A stretch of 64,000 nucleotides of DNA from Acidimicrobiia bacterium (GCA_026002975.1 BPGJ01000012.1:4299-68298), one strand, 5' to 3'. Positions 27,490 to 37,483 are shown, counted from the first letter of the stretch. A program made the numbers and translations. Notes: generated by a model from the sequence alone, not told the origin.

Positions 27490-28662
27490 TCAGTCCCGGA
27501 GAGCCTGGGCGAAGCGCTCCACCGCGGACTCCACCTCGTCGGCGGTGACGGTGAGAGGTGGAGCGAACCTGACCGCGTCGGGTCGCACGTCGTTGACCAC
27601 CAGACCCTGGGCGAGAGCCTCGTCCACCACCTGGGAGGCCCGGGGACGGTCGAGCACCGCGGCCAGCAGGAGTCCACGTCCTCGCACCTCCGACACACCG
27701 GAGACCGACTCGAGCAGTTGGCGGAGCTGCCGACCCCGATCCCGGCAGTTCTCCAAGAGTGCCCGATCGGCGATCTCGTCCAGCACCGCCAACGCAGCGG
27801 CGCACACCACCGGTCCACCCCCGAAGGTGGTGGCGTGGTCACCCGGGCGGAAGGCCGACGCCACCTCGTCGGTCGCCAGACACGCCCCGATCGGCAGGCC
27901 GTTGGCCAGGGCCTTGGCCGAGGTGGCCACGTCCGGCCGGAACCCCAGACCCTGCCAGGAGAACCAGTGTCCGGTCCGGCCGATGCCGGCCTGCACGTCA
28001 TCGACGATCAGGAGCACCTCCCGCTCGTCGCAGAGGCGACGCACCGCCTGCAGGTAGTCGGCGTCGAGCGGCACCACCCCTCCTTCCCCCTGGATGGTCT
28101 CGATCAGCACCGCCGCGGTTTCGGCGCCGACCGCCGCCTCCAGCGCGTCCAGGTCGCCTCTCGGAACCTGGACGAACCCCGGGGGGAGAGGGGCGAACGC
28201 GGCCTGCTTGTCGGGCTGCCCGGTGGCCGCGAGTGTCGCCAGGGTGCGCCCGTGGAACGAGTCGAGGAGCGACACCACCTGGTAGCAGCCCGGGCCCCGG
28301 CGCTCGCGCCCCCACCGACGGGCCAGTTTGATGGCCGCCTCGTTGGCGGTCGCTCCGCAGTTGGCGAAGAACACCCGGTCGAGTCCCGACACCTCGGCGA
28401 GCCTCTCGGCCAGCGCGACCATCGGTTCGGTGTAGAAGAGGTTGGAGGTGTGGGTCAATCGCTCCATCTGGTCCGCCACCGCCCGGGCCACCCTCGGGTT
28501 GGCGTGTCCCACCGACACGACTGCCAGTCCGGTGAGGAAGTCGAGGTATCGGCGGCCCTCGGCGTCGATCAGCCAGCTGCCCTCCCCGGCGGTGAACACC
28601 ACCGGTCTCCGCCGGTAGGTCTGCATCAGGAATCGGGCTTCCCGGTCGATCAGGTCGCTCAT
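27490..28662 (-). CDS. argD: Acetylornithine aminotransferase
   Basis: GATANEAAIK, SFHGRT, IQGEGG, DVQAGIGRTG, AKALANG. Confidence 0.94.
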   Translation of the reverse strand: MSDLIDREARFLMQTYRRRPVVFTAGEGSWLIDAEGRRYLDFLTGLAVVSVGHANPRVARAVADQMERLTHTSNLFYTEPMVALAERLAEVSGLDRVFFANCGATANEAAIKLARRWGRERRGPGCYQVVSLLDSFHGRTLATLAATGQPDKQAAFAPLPPGFVQVPRGDLDALEAAVGAETAAVLIETIQGEGGVVPLDADYLQAVRRLCDEREVLLIVDDVQAGIGRTGHWFSWQGLGFRPDVATSAKALANGLPIGACLATDEVASAFRPGDHATTFGGGPVVCAAALAVLDEIADRALLENCRDRGRQLRQLLESVSGVSEVRGRGLLLAAVLDRPRASQVVDEALAQGLVVNDVRPDAVRFAPPLTVTADEVESAVERFAQALRD

Positions 28663-29558
28663 CCGCCGTCCCCGTCGATCATGGTCCCCACCCCCTCTCG
28701 AGTGAAGATCTCGAGGAGCAGAGCGTGCTCGATCCGGCCGTCGAGTACGTGAGCCTGTTTGACGCCCGCGTCGAGGGCCGTCGCGATCGACTCGAGTTTG
28801 GGTCGCATGCCCCCCCGGGTCCGGGGAATGAGCTCGGCCAGCTCACTCCTCCCCATGCGGGAGATCAGCGATTCGGGGTCGTCCAGGTCGCGGTACACCC
28901 CCTCGGTGTCGGTCAGGTACACGAGCTTCTGGGCGCCCAACGCTCCGGCGAGGGCAGCCGCCGCGGTGTCGGCGTTGCAGTTGTACACGGCTCCGTCCTC
29001 CTCACCCAGAGCCAGTGGCGCCACCACCGGTACCAGACCCTCGGCGATGAGCCTGCGGATCAGGTCGGCGTTGACCGACACGATCTCGCCCACGTAGCCG
29101 AGCCTGGGATCCTTGGGGCGGGCCAGGAACAACCCGGCGTCGAGTCCCGACACTCCGATCGCTCGGGTTCCGTGACGGCCGAGCCGTCTCACGACTTCGG
29201 CGTTGATCTCTCCGAGGAGTACCCGCTGCACGACCCGGATGGTGTCTTCGTCGGTGACCCGAAGGCCGTCCACCCAGCGGGGTTCCACCCCTTCGGCGGC
29301 CATCGCCCGGCTGATCTGTGGGCCTCCACCGTGGACCACCACCGGGTGGATACCCACCGTCCACAGCAGGTTGACGTCCCCGGCGAACGACTCGGCCAAG
29401 CCGGTGTCGTCCATGGTGGAACCGCCGTACTTGACGACCACCACCTTGCCTCGGAACTGACGTATGTAGGGGAGGGCCTCGAGCAGGATGCGGGCCTTCC
29501 CCATCGAGTTGGCGATCCGTCCCTTGAGGGGGTGGGGCGGGGAATGTCCGGTGGTCAC
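28659..29558 (-). CDS. argB: Acetylglutamate kinase (start 29558 GTG or 29504 ATG)
   Basis: EALPYI, VVKYGG, VHGGGPQI, NADTAA, GGMRPK. Confidence 0.95.
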   Translation of the reverse strand: MTTGHSPPHPLKGRIANSMGKARILLEALPYIRQFRGKVVVVKYGGSTMDDTGLAESFAGDVNLLWTVGIHPVVVHGGGPQISRAMAAEGVEPRWVDGLRVTDEDTIRVVQRVLLGEINAEVVRRLGRHGTRAIGVSGLDAGLFLARPKDPRLGYVGEIVSVNADLIRRLIAEGLVPVVAPLALGEEDGAVYNCNADTAAAALAGALGAQKLVYLTDTEGVYRDLDDPESLISRMGRSELAELIPRTRGGMRPKLESIATALDAGVKQAHVLDGRIEHALLLEIFTREGVGTMIDGDGG

Positions 29559-30712
29559 GAGCGCTCTCCGTTGAACCGCACGTAGTCGGGTGTCAGGTCG
29601 GTGGTGATCACCTGACACGCGCCGGGTCCATCCCCCACCCTGATCCGGATACCGAAGTCCCCACCGAGGAGGGACGCCAGGAGGTCCTCGTCGAACGGAA
29701 CCCCCGCTCCCGACCGGCACACCGGTACGTCCAGGTAGTCGATGTCGACGTCCTCGGCTGCCACCGCAGGACCCGCTACCCCCACCGCGGCCAGCACCCG
29801 ACCCCAGTTGGGGTCGGCCCCGTAGAAGGAGGAACGGACCAGCGCGGAGTCCGCGACCGCGAGGGCTATCCGCCGGGCATCACCGTGCGAGGCGGCCCCC
29901 ACCACGTCGATGGTCACCACCTTGGTGGCACCCTCTGCATCCCGGGCGAGCTGCCAGGTGAGGTCTCGGCAAACCTCGAGGACCGCCTCGGCGAGTTCCT
30001 CGGGGTCGGGGGACACGCCGGAGGCTCCATTGGCCATCAAGACCACGGTGTCGTTGGTGGACTGACAACCGTCGACGTTGAGGCAGTTGAAGGTGACCCC
30101 CACCGCGTCGGCCAGGATTCGCCGGGCGTGGGCGGCGGTGGGGACCTGCGCGTCGGTGGTCAGGTAGGCGAGCATGGTGGCCATGTCGGGACGGAGCATC
30201 CCCGCTCCCTTGGCGACGCCACCTACCGTGAAGCCGGTGCCGTGGCGCACCGCGGTCTTGGGGACCGAGTCGGTGGTCATGATCGCCTCTGCGCAGGCCA
30301 GGCCGTGCGCCGGGGTGCTTCCCGCCCCGGCGACGAGTTCGGGAAGGGCCGCGCCTATTAGATCCAGAGGCAGCCTCGACCCGATCGGGCCGGTCGACGA
30401 CACCAGGACTTCTTCCTCGGGACAGCCCAATACCGCCGCCGCCGAAGCCGCCATCTTGCGGGCGTCCTCCAGCCCGGCGGCCCCGGTCCCGGCGTTGGCG
30501 CAGCCCGAGTTCACCAGCACCGCCCGGAGGGCGCCTCTCCGGACCCGCTCTTTGCCGAGGAGCACGGGAGGAGCCGCGGTCCGTGAGGTGGTGAACACCG
30601 CCGCAGTGGTGACCGGGGCGCCGGCGTCGATCAGCGCCAGGTCGAGTCCCTCGGGTTTGATTCCCGACGCTACGCCCCCCGCCACGAACCCGGCCGGAGC
30701 GACGACGCTCAT
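29555..30712 (-). CDS. argJ: Bifunctional ornithine acetyltransferase
   Basis: NSGCANA, IMTTD, KGAGMLRPDMATML (autocleavage Thr), STND, DPNWGR. Confidence 0.95.
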   Translation of the reverse strand: MSVVAPAGFVAGGVASGIKPEGLDLALIDAGAPVTTAAVFTTSRTAAPPVLLGKERVRRGALRAVLVNSGCANAGTGAAGLEDARKMAASAAAVLGCPEEEVLVSSTGPIGSRLPLDLIGAALPELVAGAGSTPAHGLACAEAIMTTDSVPKTAVRHGTGFTVGGVAKGAGMLRPDMATMLAYLTTDAQVPTAAHARRILADAVGVTFNCLNVDGCQSTNDTVVLMANGASGVSPDPEELAEAVLEVCRDLTWQLARDAEGATKVVTIDVVGAASHGDARRIALAVADSALVRSSFYGADPNWGRVLAAVGVAGPAVAAEDVDIDYLDVPVCRSGAGVPFDEDLLASLLGGDFGIRIRVGDGPGACQVITTDLTPDYVRFNGERS

Positions 30713-31728
30713 GGCATGAACCCCTGTCGAGGAAGCCCTTCGGTCTCGGGAAGACCGAGGGCGATGTTGGCGGCCTGGACGGCCTGCCCGGCCGCGCCCT
30801 TGAGCAGGTTGTCGATCGCCGCCAAAGCGACGATCGACCCGGCGGCTTCGTCGTGGTAGGCGGTGACCAGAGCCCGGTTGGAGCCCACCACCCATCGGCT
30901 CTGGGGTGGATGATCCAGCACCTGCACGAAGGGGCGGTCCTGGTATGCGCTCTCCAGCGCGGTGAGGAGATCCGACCGGTCGATCCCGGGCACGGCAGGT
31001 AGGGTGACGGTGGCCAGTTCACCCCTCTGTATGGGTACCAGGTGCGGGGTGAACACCACGGGGCGCTCCTCCCCCACCGCCCTGCCCAAGGCCATCTCGA
31101 TCTCCGGCCGGTGGCGATGGGTGGTCACCCCGTAGGCCCTCATCCCCTCGGCGACCTCACCGAACAGGAGATCCTCCCTCAGGGACCTGCCCGCTCCCGA
31201 CACTCCGGAGAGGCAGTCGGCCACCACGCTTCCCGGTCCGACCAGCCCGGCCCTGAGCAGCGGTACCGAGGCGAGGAGCACCGCGGTCGGGTAGCAGCCC
31301 GGTGAGGCGATCCGGCGGGCGCCGGAGACGTCGAACAGCTCCGGGAGTCCGTAGACCCACCGGCCGAGCTGGTCGGGAACAGGATGTTCCCGTCCGTAGG
31401 CCCGGCGGTAACGCTCGGGTGTGTCGAATCGGAAGTCGGCCGAGAGATCCACCACCAACCCGCAGCTCTCCGCCAGCTCGGCGCCCCTCACCGCCGACTC
31501 GCCGTGGGGCAGCGCCAGGAAGGCCACGTCCACCTCGGGCACGTCGTCCAGAGGTTCGAGGAGCCGGTCCCCACCGTCGAGGTGGGGATGCACCTCTTCG
31601 AGCCTGCTGCCCGCTCTGGCATGGGCTCCCAGGAACACCAAGTCGAGGTGGGGATGGCCGTCGAGGATCCTCACCAGCTCACCACCGGCGTAGCCGGACG
31701 CACCCAGTACGGCTGCCCTCAGTCCCAT
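30709..31728 (-). CDS. argC: N-acetyl-gamma-glutamyl-phosphate reductase
   Basis: GASGYAGGEL, ALPHG, PGCYPT, SGVSGAG, DNLLKGAAGQA. Confidence 0.96.
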   Translation of the reverse strand: MGLRAAVLGASGYAGGELVRILDGHPHLDLVFLGAHARAGSRLEEVHPHLDGGDRLLEPLDDVPEVDVAFLALPHGESAVRGAELAESCGLVVDLSADFRFDTPERYRRAYGREHPVPDQLGRWVYGLPELFDVSGARRIASPGCYPTAVLLASVPLLRAGLVGPGSVVADCLSGVSGAGRSLREDLLFGEVAEGMRAYGVTTHRHRPEIEMALGRAVGEERPVVFTPHLVPIQRGELATVTLPAVPGIDRSDLLTALESAYQDRPFVQVLDHPPQSRWVVGSNRALVTAYHDEAAGSIVALAAIDNLLKGAAGQAVQAANIALGLPETEGLPRQGFMP

Positions 31729-31751
31729 GACGAGGTACCCATCGGGCGCAT

Positions 31752-31769
31752 TATACGCATATGCGCATA
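31752..31769. promoter_or_regulatory. ARG-box-like operator overlapping the argC -10 (TATAAT, minus strand)
   Basis: TATACGCATATGCGCATA, near-perfect palindrome, second copy in the window. Confidence 0.75.
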
Positions 31770-31773
31770 TTCC

Positions 31774-33171
31774 TCAGTTGGGGGGTGGCGGAAGCGTCGC
31801 ATCGGATATCCACCGGCGCAGGGTAGCGGCGGCCGTCGCCCCGCCCACCTCCCCCACGACCTCCAGGAAGTCGTCGGTGGTGCCGGGTTCCGAGCGTTCC
31901 GCCCACCGCCGGAGGGCCTCCACGGTCGAATCTCGGCCCACCCGGGCTTCGACCGCGGCCAGCGCCAACCCGCCCCTGAGGTAGACCGACGGGTTGAACA
32001 GCCGGTCCGCAGGGGGATGGTCGGGGGGAGGCAGGTCGGCCGCGCGGATGCGGTCGTAGGCGGCGGCCAGCACCTGCCGCATCGCGTCCTCTCCCTCGTG
32101 GTGACCCACCCACAGCCACTCGGCGTAGGTCGCCAAACCCTCGTTGAGCCACATGTCGTCCCATCTGGCCAGCGTGACCCGGTTCCCGAACCACTGGTGG
32201 GCGATCTCGTGGGCGACCACTCGATGACCGAGGGAAAGCGACGGCTCGACGTAGGTGGCGACCTCGATGGTCTCCAGCGCTCCGGGCAGGGTGTCTTCCA
32301 CCACCAGGGCGCCGACCTCCCGGTACGGATAGGGTCCGAACATGCCCTCGAAGAAAGCGGTGATCTCGGGCTGGAGGTCGAACATCGTCAACGCCCCCGA
32401 ATCCGCCAGGTCCCGGTCGACCGACACCCTGTACCGGCGACCGTCCACCGATCGTTCCCACCCGGTGAAGTCCCCCACCGCGAGGGGAACCGCGTAGGTG
32501 GGTCCTCGGGGAACCTCGAACGTCCAGGTATCGCCGCTGGTCGTCGCAGGCCCGGCCGACACCACCGTCCACGGGTCGGGCACGGTCACCTCGAGGCGGT
32601 AGACCGCCGGGTCCGAGGGGTGGTGGTTGCCGGGAAACCAGGTGGGGCCGCCGTCGGGTTCCGAGAACACGTAGACCGAGTCCGGTCCCTGCTGCCATCC
32701 CGCCCGATAGGGGGCGGCGGTCTGCTCCGCCGGTCGGAAGGGGCCGACGTAGCTCACGTCCAGCCGAAAGGTCGTCCCTTCCTCCACCGGGTCGGCGAAG
32801 CTCACCATCAGCTCACCGCCCCGGTGGTCGAACCCCACCACCGGGGGGTCGCCCTCCACTCCGGTCACCGACACCTCACCCAGGTCGAGGCTGAGGGAAG
32901 CCAGCCGCTGGAGCGCAGTCCCCTCCACCGTGGTGCGGGCCCGGATCGGGACCAGGTCGGAGTCGAGGTCGAGCCTTATGTGGTACCTGACGGCGTCGTA
33001 GCCTCCGTTGCCCAGGCCCGACAGGATCGGGTCGCCCAGGCCGAGGGAACCGTGGACCGCAGGCGAGGTGGTCGGTGGAGGGGTCGCTGTGGTCGGCGGC
33101 GGGGTGGGCGGGACCGTGGCCGGACCGGTGCAGGCCACCACCGCGGCGGCGACCAACACCCTCCGGATCAT
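31774..33171 (-). CDS. M1-family zinc aminopeptidase, probable lipoprotein
   Basis: VVAC signal, GNGGYD, GALE, HEIAHQWFG..WLNEG, YLRG. Confidence 0.9.
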   Translation of the reverse strand: MIRRVLVAAAVVACTGPATVPPTPPPTTATPPPTTSPAVHGSLGLGDPILSGLGNGGYDAVRYHIRLDLDSDLVPIRARTTVEGTALQRLASLSLDLGEVSVTGVEGDPPVVGFDHRGGELMVSFADPVEEGTTFRLDVSYVGPFRPAEQTAAPYRAGWQQGPDSVYVFSEPDGGPTWFPGNHHPSDPAVYRLEVTVPDPWTVVSAGPATTSGDTWTFEVPRGPTYAVPLAVGDFTGWERSVDGRRYRVSVDRDLADSGALTMFDLQPEITAFFEGMFGPYPYREVGALVVEDTLPGALETIEVATYVEPSLSLGHRVVAHEIAHQWFGNRVTLARWDDMWLNEGLATYAEWLWVGHHEGEDAMRQVLAAAYDRIRAADLPPPDHPPADRLFNPSVYLRGGLALAAVEARVGRDSTVEALRRWAERSEPGTTDDFLEVVGEVGGATAAATLRRWISDATLPPPPN

Positions 33172-34610
33172 CCCAGGTCCCTGGTCACCGGTTGGTCGCC
33201 GGCGTCGGGTGGGGGTGGTCCGGGGTCGTTGAGACCCCTCTCCAGCGCCCAGCGCCGCACCGTCTCGTAGGCTTCCCGCTCCGAATAGGGCCCTTCCTCG
33301 ATCCGCTTCTCCAGCAGGACGTCCATGATCTCCCCCACCATCGGGCCGGGCCGGATGCCCAGATACGCCATCACCTGGTTCCCGTCGATCGGGGGACGCA
33401 TCCGGGCCAGCTCTTCCTTCTCCCGCAGCTCGGCGATCCGCCGCTCCAGCTCGTCGATCCGCCTTTGGATGGCTGCAGCCCGTTTCGGATTCCGGGTGGT
33501 CACGTCGCATCTGACCAGCTCGTTGAGGTCGTCCAGGAGGTCGCCGGCGTCACGCACGTATCGCCGGACCGCCGAGTCGGTCCAACCCATCTTCAGGGTA
33601 TGGGGCCGCAGATGGAGGAACACCAGCCGGGACACCTCCTCCACCAGGCTCTTTGGGTAGCGCAAAGCCCGCAGACGATCCCGCGCCATACGAGCGCCGA
33701 CAACCTCGTGATGGTGGAAGCTCACCCCATCCGGTCCGATCTCCCGGGTAGCGGGCTTGCCGATATCGTGCAGCAACGCGGCCAGCCTCAGCCGCAGATT
33801 TCCCGGGCTGGTCTTGGCAGTCACCGCGATGGTGTGGGCCAGCACGTCCTTGTGGTGATGGATGGGATCCTGTTCCATCTCCAGAGCCGGCAACTCGGGG
33901 ATGAACTGGTCGGCCAGTCCGGTGCGGACCAGCCCCCACAGGGGGGCGGTCACCTCCTCGGCGACGATCAGCTTGGAGAACTCGTCTCGGATCCGCTCGG
34001 CCGACACGATCTGCAGCCGCCCGGCCATCTCCTTCACCGCCTCGACCGCCTCCACGTCGGGCCGGAAGCCCAAAGTCGCCTGGAAACGGAAGAGCCTCAA
34101 CATCCGCAACGGGTCGTCGGAGAACGACTCGTGGGGGTCGATGGGGGTGCGGAGGACACCCGCCGCCAAGTCGGCCAGGCCTCCGTATGGGTCGACCACC
34201 TCGATCTGGGGAAGGCGCAGAGCGACGGCGTTCACCGTGAAGTCCCGACGAGCCAGGTCGTCTTCTATCCGCTTCGAGAAGGTGACCACCGGCTTGCGGG
34301 AGTCGTCCCGGTAGATCTCCCGGCGGAAGGTGGTGATCTCGTACAACCTCCCCGCCTTGCGGGCGGCGATCGTTCCGAACGCCTTCCCCACGGTATGGAC
34401 CCCCTCCGCCCAGCCACGGACGATCCGCTCGATCTCATCGGGTGGGGCGTCGGTGGCGAAGTCGAGGTCCTCGTCGGGTCGGCCCAGGAAGGCGTCGCGG
34501 ACCGACCCGCCCACCAGGTACAGGCGGTAGCCGGCCTTCTCGAAGAGCTCACCGAGCTGGTAGGGAGGGCTTCCCGGCTCGACGAGCCAACGTAGGCGTT
34601 CGGGGATCAT
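33168..34610 (-). CDS. cca: CCA tRNA nucleotidyltransferase with HD domain
   Basis: LVGGSVRD, DLDFAT, RRDFTVNA, DDPLRMLR, LLHDIGKP. Confidence 0.94.
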   Translation of the reverse strand: MIPERLRWLVEPGSPPYQLGELFEKAGYRLYLVGGSVRDAFLGRPDEDLDFATDAPPDEIERIVRGWAEGVHTVGKAFGTIAARKAGRLYEITTFRREIYRDDSRKPVVTFSKRIEDDLARRDFTVNAVALRLPQIEVVDPYGGLADLAAGVLRTPIDPHESFSDDPLRMLRLFRFQATLGFRPDVEAVEAVKEMAGRLQIVSAERIRDEFSKLIVAEEVTAPLWGLVRTGLADQFIPELPALEMEQDPIHHHKDVLAHTIAVTAKTSPGNLRLRLAALLHDIGKPATREIGPDGVSFHHHEVVGARMARDRLRALRYPKSLVEEVSRLVFLHLRPHTLKMGWTDSAVRRYVRDAGDLLDDLNELVRCDVTTRNPKRAAAIQRRIDELERRIAELREKEELARMRPPIDGNQVMAYLGIRPGPMVGEIMDVLLEKRIEEGPYSEREAYETVRRWALERGLNDPGPPPPDAGDQPVTRDLG

Positions 34611-34649
34611 CTGACGGTGTCGGTCGGAGACCGACCCACGGTAGACGCG

Positions 34650-35717
34650 TCAGACCGCCACCCCGGCCTTCATCAACCCGACCTTGAATTCGTGCGGGTT
34701 CCGGACGTGAACCAGCGCCTCCTCCTGGGACACCCGGCCGGAGGTGACGAGGTCGAGCAGGCTCTGTTCGAATGTGGTCATCCCGAAGAACCGAGCTTCC
34801 TTCATCAGCTCCAGCAGAGCATCCCCGGGGGCGCCGGTCCTCACCAACTCCTGAGCCTTGTCGTTCATCACCAGGATCTCGCACGCCAGGACCGGCCCGT
34901 CGACACCTTCCACCAACCGCTGGGAGACGACACCCTTGAGGGTCCGGGCGAGCTGCTTGCGGGCTGCAGTCGGTTCTCCCAACAGGTCGACCAGGCTCTC
35001 CAGGGTGTCGCCCGGGTCCGAGCTGTGCATGGCGGCCAACACCAGGTGACCGGTCTCGGCTGCCGTGACCACCGCCTGGGCACAATCGGGGTCGGCGATC
35101 TCGGAGACCATCAGCACGTCGCAGTCCCGGCGGGTGGCACGGCGAATGGCGTCGGCGAAGGACGGGGTGTCCACCCCTACCTCACGCTGGGTGACCGAGG
35201 CCTTGCGGTCGGGGAACAGGACCTCTATCGGATCTTCCACCGTGGTTATGGCGACGGGGAACTCGCCGTTGAGGTATTCGACCATGGCGGCCAGGGTGGT
35301 CGACTTGCCGGAACCCGAAGGCCCGGTGACCAGCACGACCCCCTCGGGCAGTTCGGCGAGGCGTTTGACGACCTGGGGAACACCCAGCCGCTCCAGCGAA
35401 GGCACCCCCGGGGTGACTCGCCGCAACACCAGACAGATCGATCCACGCTGCCGGAAGATGCTCACCCGGAACCTTCCCAACTCGGGTCGCCCGTAGGCGA
35501 AGTCGACCTCCCCTTCCCGCTCGAAGATGACGGCGGTGCGTTCGCCGAGCAGATCCCGTGCGTAGCCTTCGGTGTCTTCCGGGCGGAGAACCCCCATCCC
35601 GTCGATCCGCCGCAGCTCGGAACCGACCCGTAGCCCGGGAGGCGACCCCACCTTGAGGTGCACGTCGGAGGCTCCGGCTTCGACCGCGCGTTGCAGCAGC
35701 TCGTCCAGGGATGACAT
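34650..35717 (-). CDS. PilT/PilU-family ATPase with divergent motifs
   Basis: ASDVHL, RFRVSIF, GPSGSGKST, EDPIE, QREVG, AETGHLV. Confidence 0.9.
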   Translation of the reverse strand: MSSLDELLQRAVEAGASDVHLKVGSPPGLRVGSELRRIDGMGVLRPEDTEGYARDLLGERTAVIFEREGEVDFAYGRPELGRFRVSIFRQRGSICLVLRRVTPGVPSLERLGVPQVVKRLAELPEGVVLVTGPSGSGKSTTLAAMVEYLNGEFPVAITTVEDPIEVLFPDRKASVTQREVGVDTPSFADAIRRATRRDCDVLMVSEIADPDCAQAVVTAAETGHLVLAAMHSSDPGDTLESLVDLLGEPTAARKQLARTLKGVVSQRLVEGVDGPVLACEILVMNDKAQELVRTGAPGDALLELMKEARFFGMTTFEQSLLDLVTSGRVSQEEALVHVRNPHEFKVGLMKAGVAV

Positions 35718-35745
35718 TCGACCTTCCTTTCCGGTTGCCCGGTGG

Positions 35746-35773
35746 GTATCGGAGCCGGATGCGGAACTCTTGA
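35746..35773 (-). promoter_or_regulatory. Sigma28-type promoter TCAA-N16-TCCGATAC for the PilT-like gene
   Basis: Same spacing and CCGATAC core as 7501-7528; 28 nt upstream of the ATG, with an AAGGAAGG RBS. Confidence 0.5.
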
Positions 35774-35778
35774 GTCGT

Positions 35779-36768
35779 TCAGACGTTCCAGGAGCGGCGC
35801 ACCACCGCGGTTGCCCGCTCGGCTGCCTGCCAAGAGGCGGGAGGCGACGACCGGGGCGGTCCGACCGCTCCTATGTGGAAGACGCCCCTCAACGTGGCCG
35901 CCACCGATGCGGTCAGCGCGGCGAGGTTGTAACCGCCTTCCAGGAAGAACACCGTGCGCTCGGGGGGCACGACCCGGGCGAGGGTACGGCTCATGGCCGC
36001 GTAGTCGTCGGAGACGAGCCGCATCTCTGCCAGCGGATCCTCCTCGTGGGCGTCGTATCCGGCCGACACGATCAGCCAGTCGGCCCCGAACCTGGCCACG
36101 GCCGGAGCCACCACCTCGGCTATCACGGCCCTGTACACGTCTCCCCCCGTCCCGGCGGGCAGCGGGTAGTTGATCGTGTTGACGCCCGACTCGCCGCCGG
36201 TGAACGGATAGAACGGATGCTGATGGAGGCTCACGTAGAGGACGTCCGGGTCGGAGAGGCGTAGTTCCTCGGTTCCGTTGCCGTGGTGCACGTCCCAGTC
36301 CACGATCGCCACCCGGCTTCCGCTCTCGGTGAGGAGCCGGGCGGTGATCGCCACGTTGTTGAACAGACAGAACCCCATGGCCTGGGCCCGGCGGGCGTGA
36401 TGGCCGGGAGGCCGGACCGCGCAGAACGCGGTTCGTGTCCCCCGAGCGGCCCGCAGGTGGGCCACGGCAGCCGGGCCGGCACCGGCCGCCCGGAGAGCGG
36501 CCTCCCACGAGGCAGGACCCGCCACCGTGTCAGGGTCGAGCGCCCCTCCCCCTGCCTCGCAGAACCGTCTGATGGCATCGACGTATTCGGGGGTGTGCAC
36601 CGTCAGCAGGTGCCGAGGCTCGGCGAGGGGGGCCTCGATCGGCATCACCGCCGGTCCCGCGGCCAGGACGCCCTTCTCCACCGCCTCGAGGCGGGCAGGC
36701 CGTTCCGGATGCCAGGTTCCCGTGTCGTGACGGTGGAACGCCGGATGGGTGAGGTACAGCACCTCCAT
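35779..36768 (-). CDS. Histone-deacetylase-family (AcuC/AphA-like) amidohydrolase
   Basis: HPERPARL, RPPGHH, GFCLFNN, DWDVHHGNGT, SAGYD, LEGGY. Confidence 0.93.
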   Translation of the reverse strand: MEVLYLTHPAFHRHDTGTWHPERPARLEAVEKGVLAAGPAVMPIEAPLAEPRHLLTVHTPEYVDAIRRFCEAGGGALDPDTVAGPASWEAALRAAGAGPAAVAHLRAARGTRTAFCAVRPPGHHARRAQAMGFCLFNNVAITARLLTESGSRVAIVDWDVHHGNGTEELRLSDPDVLYVSLHQHPFYPFTGGESGVNTINYPLPAGTGGDVYRAVIAEVVAPAVARFGADWLIVSAGYDAHEEDPLAEMRLVSDDYAAMSRTLARVVPPERTVFFLEGGYNLAALTASVAATLRGVFHIGAVGPPRSSPPASWQAAERATAVVRRSWNV

Positions 36769-36787
36769 CCGGGCTACTTTGCCACGG

Positions 36788-37483
36788 ATGGCGCACGTAG
36801 TGCCCGGCTCCAGGGTTCGTGTGATCACCGACACGGCCTCCGACCTCACCTCCGAGCAGGCCGAAGGCCTGGGCATCGACCTGGTTCCCATACCTCTCAC
36901 CGGCTCGCCCGACCGCCCGGAGTTGGGGATCCCTTCGGTGGTGGCGTACCGGGAGGCCTTCCGGGCGGCCATCGATCGGGGGGCCGAAGGGGTGCTGTGT
37001 GTAACACCCTCCTCACGGCTGTCCCCGGGCTACGAAACCGCCCTGTTGGCTGCCGAGGCCGAAGGCGGGCCGGTGAAGGTGCTCGACTCGGGGTCGCTGG
37101 GTCCCGGCCAGGCCGTTCGTGCAGTCTCGGCTTCCCTCCACGCCGCAACGGGAAGGTCACTCGACGACCTGGTGGCGGTGTGTCTCGAGGAACGGCCCCT
37201 GGTGCGAGCCGTTCTCGGGCGGGCTACCCGATGGCTGGCTCCGACGGGCGTACGTCCGGTGATCGACCTGTCGTCGGGTGAGATCCGTTTCCGGGGACTG
37301 GCCTTCGGCCCCGCCAGGTCACCCATATCCCACCCGGGGCCGGTGTCCGTCTTCTTCCACGTCGGGCCGCCACCCGCCGGGTGGCGGCCCCCATCCGATG
37401 GTCCGATCGTCGAACTCGGGCCGGTCCTCGCCTCTCTTCTCGGGCCGGGTACGGTCGGAGTGGCGACCATCGTGGAGGCCTGA
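36788..37483 (+). CDS. DegV/FakB-like protein, shortened
   Basis: VITDTASDL, SSRLS, VLDS, C-terminal LGPGTVG. Confidence 0.75.
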   Translation: MAHVVPGSRVRVITDTASDLTSEQAEGLGIDLVPIPLTGSPDRPELGIPSVVAYREAFRAAIDRGAEGVLCVTPSSRLSPGYETALLAAEAEGGPVKVLDSGSLGPGQAVRAVSASLHAATGRSLDDLVAVCLEERPLVRAVLGRATRWLAPTGVRPVIDLSSGEIRFRGLAFGPARSPISHPGPVSVFFHVGPPPAGWRPPSDGPIVELGPVLASLLGPGTVGVATIVEA

